Positions 10,401 through 22,400 of a DNA stretch of 64,000 nt are shown here, one piece after another (the stretch's first letter is position 1; each line of letters opens with the position of its first letter). This DNA is from a virus. Both the position numbers and the translations under genes were made by a program. The notes below the pieces were generated by a model. That model saw only the letters and a list, made by a program, of their open reading frames with translations, did not search any database and was not told the origin of the DNA. Where the stretch lies: the IMG/VR virus record IMGVR_UViG_3300021090_000723, positions 40,904-104,903 of that record. One strand, written 5' to 3'.

Positions 10401-13400
10401 CGGTGTCGATCTTGGTGGTCCCGACCTTCGCGTCCCACTTCTTGGCGTACCGGTTCAGGAACTGGGGCACGATCCTGTCGTAGAAGCCCTTCATGCCCTC
10501 GCCGCCGACGGTCAGGTCGAGGCCGGAGATTTCACGCACGCGCACACCAAGTCCGGCTGACCGCCCCTCTACTGGTGTTACAGCCAACAGCTTATCGGCA
10601 AGCTCCGCTCCGACCAGTTCCGCCAAGTCATCGCGCGACTCGATCTGACGATTGATGGCCTCCTCATTGCGCTTCCCGTAGGCAATGAGGTGCCCACGTT
10701 CGAATGGCCCGTCCATCCGCGGGCGCCCAATCCCGCCGCTGACGTTGTCTGTCAGCCGGAGGCTGTTGACGTGCTTGGCAAGATTGTACCGCTCAGCCTG
10801 CTGCGCACCGGTCGTCCAGGCGAGGCGGTCGTAGCCGTTCTCGGCGGCGTAGCGCAGCATCCGCTTGAGGGCGATCTCGTGCCAGGTCGACTTGAACGGC
10901 GCGTCCGGGACGCCGGTGCGCTTCTCGATCGCCTCGCCTTCCTTGATCGTCCAATTCGTCGTGTCCATCGGCGCTTGATCGTCACGATTCCACGCCGGCC
11001 GCCGCCCATGCTTATCGCGGATGAATTCCTGCGCCTGGTCCAGCGTCGGTCGAGTGCCTACCAGTTCGCCTTGATCGTCGAAGATTGAAAAGACCGGCGA
11101 ACGGGTTTCCTTGACGCTATAGCCCTGGCGTCTGCCCTTCTGATGCCAATCGCTCTGGATCTCCTCGATGAAGAGCACCCTCTTGCCGTCGGCGTCTGCG
11201 CGATCCTTGAAGCGCACATGGGCCAGGATATTCGCCTCATCGAAGTGACCTGAGCGGAACTGGCCGCTGAGCGCATCGATCGCGAGGCTCCTGTCGCCGG
11301 GATACCGGCGCCGCATGACATCGATCCAATGCGCGTCGTTTGGGCCCTCGTATTTTTTCGTGACGCTATTGAGCACGATCGGGTCATCCCAGGTCCCAAC
11401 CTTATGGTCGCCGTAGAAGACCGTGACGTCGCCCTGGGTGGTCGACCGACGATTGCGCTCGATGCGGACCTTGGCCGGGTCGAAGGGCACGCCGATCTGC
11501 GGCAGCGTCAGCAGCAGTTCGCGGTAGTTCTCGCCGCCAGGGAGGGTTTGGGACTCAAACTTGGTGGCGCCGCCCTCGGCGACGATCCCGGCATCACGAT
11601 GGATCGCTTCACGCGCTTCGATGAAGTCCCCGAAGTCGCCCAACTCTCGACCAGCCCGGATGGCATTTACGCGAGTAACCACTCCGCGCTGGTCGTAATG
11701 GAACGTGACGCTAGCATCGTCAGCGTCAAAGGCCATTTCCGAATAATACCGTTGACCCTCAGGTTGGATGGTCCTTTCTTCATCGGGGAGCCAATCCTCG
11801 ATATTCTCCGGATAGGGTCCCTCATCGTCGCCAGGCGCGCGGCCCTTCTCGACCTCCTCGATCTGGACGTTGTTCTCGCGGATGAAGTCGAGCAGCGCCT
11901 GCTTCGTGACCGGTCCCTGCTGGGACTCGAGCCATTCGTTCACGCCGGTCCACTCGGTCTCGTCCTTCGTGATGCCGCGCGCGTTCTTGATGAAGGCCTG
12001 CCACTGGATGCCCGACGCCTTCTCCTGCTTGGAGGCCTCGATCGTGCGCGCGAGCGTCGAGAAGAACGGCGCCGGCGGCTGTGGCTTCAGGGCGAACTTC
12101 GCCTCGGACCTGGTGGGCCCGGCCTTGCCGCGCTTGCCGATCCTGCCGGACTCGATGCGCTTGAAGATGTCCTCTGGCGTCTGGAAGCCGCGGCCGCGGA
12201 AGAAGTTGCGCAGGCCCTCGAAGAAATTGCGCACGCGCTGGAGAACCTTTGTCGCCAGGCCTGCCTTCGCGAATTCGTTGCTAGGCTCATAGTTCTGCGC
12301 CGCGAACGCGATCGTTTCCTCGGTCTGGACGTCGGGCTTGTAGTATTTGCCGACGATATCGAACGTCCGTTTCCACTTGTCTTTTGCGGCCGCTTCGAGT
12401 GTGGCCCACTCTGACTTGGTGAAGAAGCCGAGATTGCGCAGGCCGTGGATGACCTCATGCGTGATGGTGCCGAACGGGTCCTTGGTATCGAGCGCAATGG
12501 TGATGAGGTTTTTTGTGATGTCGAAGTGGCCGTCGGCCTCGTGGCCCTCAGGGTCCGCAATCGCATCGGCCACGCGCACGGCGAGCGGAAGGTTGCGATT
12601 GACCAGATAGGCGCGGAGATCGGCGGCCAGCTGCTCGCGCTTCGCCTCGAACTCGGGGCTGAATGTGAAGGTGACGCCGTCGCCGGTCTCGATGACCGGT
12701 GGCGCCTGCGGGAGCCTTAGTCTTTCAAGGCCTCTTCCAACGCCTTCTGGGCGCGCGCCCTCGCCTGCTCCACCTCTGGGCTCGACGGCAAGTCCTTGGT
12801 CCTCGCCAAGAATCTCCGCAATGCCATCGGCGAACTGAGTGGGGGCGGTTCCTCGATCAGATACATTGACGACTCCAATCGCTTTCAGCGGCGAGGCGAT
12901 GGCCTCGGCCCCGGCTTGCGCCATCGTATCGAACGTGGCCGCAAGGCTTTCCGGAACAACAACGGATGAACGGTAATCGATGAGGCCGGCGCGCGCTAGA
13001 CCCACCGCGAAGTTATGGCTGAAGTTGGCGACGGCGAGGTTGCGATCGAGGCCCCGCTCGCGGATCAGCGAACGGCCGACGCGGCCCTGGGCGTTCTGCG
13101 ATTCTTGCAGCATCTTGTTCAGGATGTCGGAGGGGCTGGACCACAGCGTCAGGTCCAGATCGGCGAAGGCCCGGCGCGTCTCGGGGGTGAGACGGGCGGC
13201 GTGCCACTGCCCCTCCGTGGTGTGGGCGATCATCCAGTCCAAGCCAGGGAGATCCAGCAACGTCAGGTCTGCGAAGGACAGGCCGTATGGCATCGTGTGG
13301 TTATGGTGGAACACGATCCGCGCATCTGGCTTGCTGAGCGCATCCTCGATCTTGCCCCGGAGGTTCACATATGTGTCCTTGCCGGAGGTCTCCGCCGCGA

Positions 13401-16400
13401 TGACCGTCTGGGTGGCCGGGTCGTAGGCCACGGCCGCTTCGGTCTTGGTGCGCTCACCGAAGGCGCGGAGCCAGTCGCCGATCGCCACGTTCACGGCTGC
13501 TGGCGTCTTGGCCTTCTTCTTCGCGACGAATTTCCCGAGGTCGTCGGCCAGGTCCGAATTGCCCTCCACGATCCGGCGCGCGAGCATGCCCTCGTCCCTC
13601 GGCGGCCGGGCGGGCGGCGCCAAGCCCAGGCCTTCGCCAGGCGCCTCGCTCAGGATGAAGCCGGCGGAGCGGCGCGGCGGGAGGTCCGGCTCGGGCGCCC
13701 CGGCCACGGGCTGGGGATCGGCCTCGATGAGGCCAAGCGCCTGGTCGATCTTGCGCTGACGCTTCAGCGCCGCCTGGTATTGGTCCTCGCGCTCGAACGG
13801 GACCTTGACCAGTTCCTTGAAGTCCACGAGCTTCTTCTTCGCCGTGTCGATCTTGGCCTGGCGATAGTCGATCTCGCCTGGGCGGCTCTTGAAGAAGTTC
13901 TCGATGCGGCTGATGGCGCCCAACTTGAGCGACTGGAGATCGAGCTCCACCTTGTCGGTCATCTTGCCGTGGATCACGGCCTGCGGCTGGTAGTAGCCGT
14001 CGACCTCAACCGAGATCGGGAAGCCGTACATCTTGCCGATCGGGATGTCCTCGATCTCGGCGTTGCGCTTCCGGCCCTGGGCCTCGTTCTTGGACTTCTG
14101 GAGGTTCCAGGCCTTCTCGATGATGTCGGCCAGCGCCTTGGACGCATCGACGCGCTTCTCATAGACCGTGCCCAGGATGGTGTAGTGCGGCTTGTCCTTG
14201 CGTTCGAGGTAGGCGGCGTGGTCGGCTTTGACCCGCCCGCGCGCCTCTTCCATCCCGGCGATCTCGCCCGGCAGGCGGTGGATCTGCCACTCCATTTCGT
14301 GGATGTTGTCGTAGTGCGCACCGCGCAGGCGCGAGAGACGATCGACGTCCGAGTCCGCCTTCGCCTTGTCCAGGATCAGCGGGTTGCCCGCGGCGAGGGC
14401 CTTGGCCTCGGCGAACGACAGCACCTGCTCATCGATGTCTTCGGCCTCGCGGACCGAGGGATCGCCGCGCTTGATCTGGTTGATGAAGCGGGCCTTGCGC
14501 TCGACGGTCTGCCACATATAGGCGTCGAACGATCCTTCGGTGACGTAGCGGAAGAGGTCGATCTCTTCGTTCGTGTTGCCCTGACGCTCGATGCGGCCCT
14601 CGCGCTGCTCGATGTCCGATGGGCGCCACGAGGGGTCGACGTGGTGGAGCGCCTTCAGGCGGTCCTGCACGTTCGTGCCGATGCCCATCTTCTCGGTCGA
14701 GCCCAGCAGGATGCGCTTGCGGCCGGCGCGCACGTCGGCGAAGAGGTTCGCCTTCTTCTGATCGGTGTTGGCGTCCTGGACGAACGCGACATCGTTCGCG
14801 TTCACGCCCTTCTTGACCAGTTCCTCCTTGATGTCGCGATAGATGCTGTAGGCCACGTTCGACGGGACCGACATATCGCAGAAGATGATCTGGGTGTGCT
14901 TTTCCTTGGCGCCCGCCTTGTAGATGCGCGCCGCGTTGCTCGCGACCTCGGAGGCCTTCCGGACCTTTTCCTTCCTCGCGGCCGGGTCCACCACACGCAG
15001 ATCGAGCGATGCCTTGCGGCCGTCGGTCGAGATCAGCAGCATGTTGTCTTCGTCGGGCGTCACCTCGCGCTTGCGGACCGCCTCGGCGCGCTCGCCGATC
15101 TCCGCGATGTAGGCCTTGAGCGCATCGCTCGCGGGCACGATGATGGTCTTGGGCCCGCCGCCGCTGATCTTCGGGAGCTTCACCTGGCCGGTCGCGATCA
15201 GGTCGTCCTTGCTCACCAGGTCCGAGAACTGCCGGTACATCGAGATCAGTTCGGGGATGTTGCGGAAGCGCGCGAAGCGGGTCTTCAGCATCGCCTTTCC
15301 GCCCTCGGGCGTGATCTCGGCTTGCGTGACGGTGTCGCCGAAGGTCGAGGCCCAGGCGTCGAAGTGCGAGAGGCCGCGCTCGGCCAGCCCGCGCGGCTGG
15401 AGATAGCGCTGCATCGTGTACATTTCGGCCATCGAGTTCGAGATCGGCGTGCCGGTCATGAACATGAGGCCGCGGCCCGGCGTCATCTTGTCGATGTACT
15501 TGGTCTTCAAATAGAGATCGAACGCCCGCTGGCTCGACGGCGGGTTCATGTTCGTGATCTTCGTCGCGAATTCCAGGTTCTTGAACAGGTGGGCTTCATC
15601 GACAAAGATGCCGTCGACCCCCATTTCCTCGAACGACAGGCCCCGGTCCTTGTCCTTGGCCTGCATCAGTTCGCGGAGCTTTTCCTCACGGCGCTTCTTC
15701 GCGGCTTCCAGCTGCTTGACCGTCGGGCTGCGGCCCCCGGTGTCGGTCTCGCGCGCGGCACGGATCAGGTCCGCATATTCGGCGATCTCGTCGCGGATAT
15801 AGTCAGCCTGGAACTTGGCCGACATGCCGACGCGCTCGAAACTGGAGTGCGTCATGATGATCGCGTCCCAGTTTCCGGCCGCCGCACGGGCGACGAAGCG
15901 ACGGCGATTGTCGCCAGCGAAGGCGCGCTCGTCCGCCACCAGGATGCTGGCGTTCGGGTACAGCTGCATGAACTCGCGGCTGAACTGCTCCAGCATGTGG
16001 TTCGGGACGGAGAACAGCGGCTTGCTCAGCAGGCCTATGCGCTTGGCCTCCATGGCGGCCGCGATGGCCGTGAACGTCTTGCCGGCGCCCACCAGGTGGT
16101 CGAGCAGCGTGTTGCCCGAGACCAGGTAGCGCCAGACGGCCTTCTTCTGGGTGGAGCGCAGTTCGATCGTGCTGCTGGAGCCAGGAAGCGTCAGGTGATC
16201 GCCGTTGAAGGTGGCGACCCGGAGGTTGTTGAAGTTGTCGTTGTAGAAGCGGGACAGCCGCGCACCGCGCTCTGGGTCCTTCCAGATCCACTTGGAGAAG
16301 CGCTCCTTGATGTCGTTCTGCTTTTCCTGCGCCACGATGGTGGCGTTCATGTCCGTGTGGGTCTTGCCCTCGGAGTCCTGCCAGGAAATGACGGTCGACT

Positions 16401-19400
16401 TCTGGTTAAGCGCATCGCGGATGAGGTCGATGCCGCGGCGCGCGATCGACTTGCCCTCGGCGCGCGAGGTCGTCCAGTTGACCGACCAGGTCTGGGTGTT
16501 GGGCGCGGTGCCCTCCTGGGCAATGCGCACGTGCCAGGTCGCTTCCTTCGGCACGTATTCAACGATGGCCTCGGTCTCGAGCAGTTCGGAAATGAACCCC
16601 TCGACGTCCGAGTTGGGAATCCACGGCGTGCCCATGCGCACCGCGATCTGAGACGGCTTCAGATCGACTGGCTGGACGACTTCGAGCGCCTTGACGTTCT
16701 CGGCCCACTCGGGCTCGCCCTTGGCAGCGTCACGCGCGAAGGCCAACTTTCCGCGCACGTTGCCCGAGAGATAGACCTCGGACGGCTCGTAGGCGCCGGT
16801 CGCCGGGTTCTTGAAGATGCGGCCCTTGAGTTCGTTGAGGAACGTGCTCGGCTGACGGCCCAGGATTTTTGCCATGTAGGGCACGTCGACTATGCCCTTC
16901 ATGTTCATGGACGCGATCAGCGCCTCGTCCGGCGTGTTCACGCGGAGGATTTCGCGCGTCGGCTCGACCACGCGATCGGTGAAGATCGGGCCTTTGATGC
17001 CCTCGTTCTTCTCTTCATCGAAGCGCTCGAGCGCGGAGACCAGCGCCGCGTCCGGATCGTCACGGAACGCCAGCATGTTCGGGTAGCGGCGGTATTCGCG
17101 CACCTCACCGTCCGGCATCGTGCGCCGGCTGATCTGAACCTGGTTGATGTAGCCGAACGCCTTGACGAACTGGGCGTAGAGTTTCCCCAGTTCCTTCTGC
17201 GGCGCGACCCACGGGGCCGTGCCCTTGCCTTCCCACTCGCCGCGCTGCGCGGTCAAGATCTCGCGGGCCTTGTCGCGGAGCCTGATGAGCAGGCGCACGC
17301 GCCCGGCCTGGCCGTCGGAGAGTTCGACCGGCACGGAGGATTGCAGCACGCGCTGGAACAGCTTGCCGTCACGTTCGAAGAAGGCGTTGTCCTTCACCGT
17401 GTCGGGCGGCGGCGCCAGGTCATCGTATGTGTCCACGTCCCCGGCCTCGGGATCGAAGCGGAGCGCGGACTTCTCCATCATGGCCTGGACGGCATTGGCG
17501 ATCTTCTCGCGCAGGCCCGTTGCCGTTCCGGTAACGGTGTATTCGTCCTCGCGGTACATGCCGCGCGTGACGGCGTTCGTCCCCAGGATCATGTTGGGGT
17601 TGTCTTTGAAATACTGATTGACCGTCGCCGGGCTCGTGCCGACGCGGAACTCCTTGGCCTCCAGCCAATCCGGCTTCCCGGCAGGCTCGCCCTCCTTCCG
17701 CTTACGGATGAACAGGATGTCCGTGACGACTTGGGTCCCGGCGTTCTCCTTGAAGGCGGTGTTGGGGAGACGGATGGCGCCGATCAGGTCGCCGCCGGCG
17801 TCCCGGATCATGGTGCGCGCGGTCTTGTCCTGCGAGTCCATCGTGTAGCGGCTGGTCACGAGCGCAAGCACGCCGCCAGGTTTGACCAGCTTCAGGCTCT
17901 TGAAGATGAAGTAGTTGTGCAGGCTGAGCGGGCGGCCCTTATTGTACATCTTGTCGGCCGGGCGAATGTCGCCGAACGGCACGTTGCCGATGACAAGGTC
18001 CACGCTGTCTTCCGGAAGCGCGGTGTCCTCGAAGCCCTGCACGAAGATGCGCGCCTCGGGGTAGAGCGCTCGCGCGATCTTGCCGGTGACGTCGTCAAGC
18101 TCCACGCCGATGAACTTCGGATCGCTGCCCTTCGGGCGCATGCCCATGAAGTTGCCGATGCCCATGCCGGGTTCGAGCACGTTGCCCGAGCCGGTGAAGC
18201 CGAGTTCGGTCACGCCGTCCCAGATGCCGCGAACCACATCCTGGCTGGTGTAGTGCGCGTTGATGGTGGTCGCGCGAGCCGACGCGAACTGCTCCGGCGT
18301 CAGCATGGCCTTCAGCTGCTCGCGGTAGGGGATCAGGCCGTAGTCGAGCCCGCGGCCCTCATCGAAGATCTTGGCGAGGCCCGTGGCGCCCCAGCCCACG
18401 TAATGGGCAAGCTGCTCCTGGTCCTCACGGCTGGCGAGTTGCCCGCCCTTCTCCAGGTCGAGAGCGACCCGGATGGCTTCGATGTTCTTGACGATGCGCT
18501 GGGCTGGACTGCCGGTGGCATAATCGGCGTCTTCAGCGATGCGGAAGTTTAGTCCTCGTATCCCCCGCTTGGCCCGATCCCCGAGGCTTCCCTCTCGCTC
18601 ATCGGGAGATACTCCCTCAGGGCGTCCGACTCCGCCATCAGGAGGGCGCTCCGCTCCAGCTTGATCCGTCTCTCCAGAGGCTCGTCCTGGCTCACTTGCG
18701 GAAGTTGGCTGTTGACCCAGTTCGCTATCGATTCCGATAGGTCCTGGACCCTCTGCTCCAGCTTCCCCTCCGCCTTCAGGCCCGCGAACTCCTGTGGTCG
18801 GTGCACCCGCAGGTGCCCTTCCACCTTGCTCCGGTAGCTTTCCGGGCTGACCTTTTGCACGTTTTTCCCTTTCGAGCTCGGCCCAGCGCTTCGGAATATC
18901 GATCTTTTTGAGCGCTTCTTCAACTGCCTGCTTGGAGTCGGGCAGCGGCGTGTAGGTCTTTTCCTTGAGCGATCCGTCCTCGTTCCACTCCAGCTGGTCG
19001 AGCAGGCCGCGCCACATCAGGGCGAAATTGGCGCGCTCTTCCTCGGCGGGATAGGGCGTGCCGCGATAGCCGGCTTCCTTGGTCGTCTGGCCTTCCGCCA
19101 CCCAGCCATTGACCAGGTAGGGCGAGGTCTGCCCCTTGGCGGCCAGTTCATCGTAGATGAAGGACTCGAACGAGCGCGCCCACAGTTCCTCGGGCCGCAC
19201 CCAGTATTTGCCAAGCTCTTGGGCGTTGCGCTTGAACTTGGTCGTGAGCTTCGCGCTCCACCCCTCGTTCTGCCAAAGGTGGTCCACGTACTGCTCGGCG
19301 GTCTTGAGCGGGCCCAGGCCTTGCCTGCCCCGGATGTGCGACCGGCCGGTGAGCAGATTGTCGACCATCTTGATCGCACCCTCCACGTCCCAGGTGTGGG

Positions 19401-22400
19401 AGAGCGTGCCGTTGACGCTTGCGAGCAGGGCGCGCGCACTCTGACCGGCGGCCAGCAGCGCCTTCTTCTCGGCCTGGAGCGGCTTGACCTTGTCGGACAA
19501 CTCCATCGAGTTGATCGTGCCCTCGCGGTTCCGCTTCACCAGCGCCTCGATCTCCTTGTCGATCGCCGGGACCCGGACGCCGCCTGCGCGCAGGTTGAAG
19601 TCGAGCGCATGGCCCCATTCGTGCGACAGGGACCCGTCGCCCTTGGTCTTGGTCAGGTTGATGACGTTGGTGTCTGGCTCGTAGTGAGCGGAGCCGAACC
19701 CAGATCCGCGCGAGCCGAACGCCAGGCCCAGCTTACCGCCGATGGAGATTGCCTTCGCTGGCACACCCATTATCTCGGCGAAGTCCATGAGCGCGTCGTA
19801 GGCGGCGTTGACGTGCGCCTGGCCCTCGCGGCCGGTGACCCAGTTCCCGAACTCGACGCCGCGGAAGCCGAAGGTCTTGCGGAAGTCCTCGGCCTTGACG
19901 TTCTTGCCCGCCTTCCGGCGCTCGGGCAGGCCCGGGCGCGTGATGTCCTCGATCCGGATGCTCGGCCGCACGAGGGGCGTGGCGCGTGTCGGCATCGTGT
20001 TGTCGTCGCGGAAGTGGGGCAGGCCTTCGTCCAGGCGCCACAGGTTCGGCCACGAATAGTGGTGCAGGTACGGCCGCAACGTCTTCTGCGCCCAGTCCGT
20101 GGCGATGACGCGCGCCGACATGCCTTCCGGGCGCTGGACCTCTTTGACGATCAGGCGCTTGAGCGCGGCGTGGATGTCCTCGACGTTCTTCGCGCCGGCG
20201 AGCGCATCGCCCAGGATCTCCATCGCGCCGATGTATTCGGCGGCGTTCTCCAGGATGGTCTCGCGCTTCTCCTCCCAGCGCTTCTCCAGCGTCTTTCTGA
20301 ACGGCGTGCGCCATTTGCCACGGCCGCCGCCCTGGTTCTTACCCTCCTGCTCGGTGAAGGTGACGAACGAGCGGGAGACGAAGTCGGCGAAGACGTGGGC
20401 GCCGGTCGTGGCGTCAGCCGCCAGGCGGGAGCGGAGGTCCCGCGCGTCCAGAGCCTGCTCGAGCATCTTGTCCAGATCCTCGATCTTCTCGACCTTGGCT
20501 TTGGCCTGGGCGCGCTTGCCCGCCATGGCCTCGCCCACGTCCGTCATCTTCGGCATGGGCGCGCGGCGGTCGGTGACCGGCTTCCTTGGTTCTTTGACCG
20601 GCCTCTTCTCGGGCGCCTCGATTGTTTCACGTGAAACATCAACGGCCTGGGGCAGAATCGCGGTGGTCGTGTCGCCCTCTTCGATCCACCGTTTGAAGTC
20701 GGCCACGTTCATTTCGAGGCCGCCGTTCTTCCGGCGCTGCGGCCCCGAGCCGTCCGAGTACCCGGCGTCATAGACCGCGATGGCCTGCTCCGGGGTGTCG
20801 ACCGCGGCGATGGCCTTGTGCTCATCGAACTTGCCGGTCTTCGGATCGTACTGATCGATGACGAAGACCTTGTCGCTCTTCAGGTTCGGTCCGAGGTAAA
20901 TGTCCAGCTTTTCCTGCTGGTTAGGCGGGGCGTTCGGCTTCGCATCCGCACCGATCGAGCGCTTGATGTAGCCGTAGTCGGCCAGGATGTTGACGTTCGT
21001 CCAGATCGGCTTGCCGTCCTCGCCCTCGGGCCCAAGGCGATCCGTGCCCTTCGGCGTCTCGATAGTGATGTCCAGGCCGTTCCAGTTCTCGATGTGGCCC
21101 TTGGCGTAATTCCCAGCCTCGCGCTGCGCCTCGGTCGTCTCCTTGGCGACCGCGTCACGCGCCGGCTGGATGTCTTCCTCGGTCTCCGGACGCTTGACGG
21201 GGTTGGTCTTGGTGCCTTCCGGCGCCCGGGCGACGTGCTTGATCTTCGCAAGCTGCTCTTTGGCGCTGGCGATGAGGCCGAGGGCGTCCCGCTTCGCAGA
21301 GTCGGGCCAGCTGCCCGACATTGCCCGCTCGACATAGCTGGTCACATAGGCCTTGGCTTCGTCCAGCGTGGCGAATTCGTTCGCGTGCGAGCCGCCCATG
21401 CCGCCCGCTTGGCTGGTGATGTTGTACGAAATGCGCGGGACCGTGTAGCGGGCCTCCTGCGGGTCGTAGACGATCATAAACGCGAGGTTGCTGCTGCTCT
21501 TCTTCGCCTTGGCCGGGAGCAGTTTGCCGGTGTCGAGCACCACTTCGCCGCGCTCCATGACGGCCTCGTGCTCGTCCCGGGCGACCTTCTCGCGCGCCCT
21601 CCGGGCGTCGTGCTCGGCATCCTCGGCGGCGCGCTGGCTTTTGGCTTCCTTGGCGATCGTCGGCCACTTGTACTCAAGGTCGGACTGCTCGGCCTTCGCC
21701 TTCGCGATGTCCACTTTGTAGCGCTCGATCTGGCTCTTCCACGTGTCGAGGTTGATCTTGGATGGCTTCTTCGGTCCCGCCAGGGCCTCGTCCATGCGCT
21801 TCTGCGTCTCGGCCATGTTGTGCTGGTAGGCCGAGAGGTGGAATTCGCGCTGGCGGTAGTCGTCCAGATCCTGCGCCATCGGATGCTCGGGGGCTTCCGG
21901 CTGCTCGCGCTCCACCAGGTAGTCGCCAATGTCCTTGACCAGGTCCGGGAACTTCTTGCCGTACCACTCCAGGCGCAGGCCCTTGGCCGCGGCGCGCGCG
22001 GCGTAGATCGACTTGTCCCAGCCCGGCTCCGGGGTGAAGCGCTCTTCCTGCGCCTCTTCCTCGGCGCGATCGGCCTCCATCTGGACGATCTCGTCCGTGG
22101 TGGGCTCCATCACGTCTTCGCCGGACTTCTCGCCGGGCGCGAGTTCGCGCGCTGGCGGGGTTATGAGACCAGGCAGCGGCTCAACGGGACCTTCGCCTTC
22201 GCGTTGCGCCATGCGCCGGGCTTCATCGGCGCGCTCATCGGCAATGCGCGTTTCCAGCGCCGCGCGCATCAGCCCGGTTTTGGTGTCGTAGTTCCGGAGG
22301 ATGTGCTCCTGGAACACATCGGCGGCTTCCACGCCGAACGAGTCGGCATAGGCGCCCCACCAGTTCACGAATTCCTCAGGGGCGGCGGTGAAGGCCTCCT

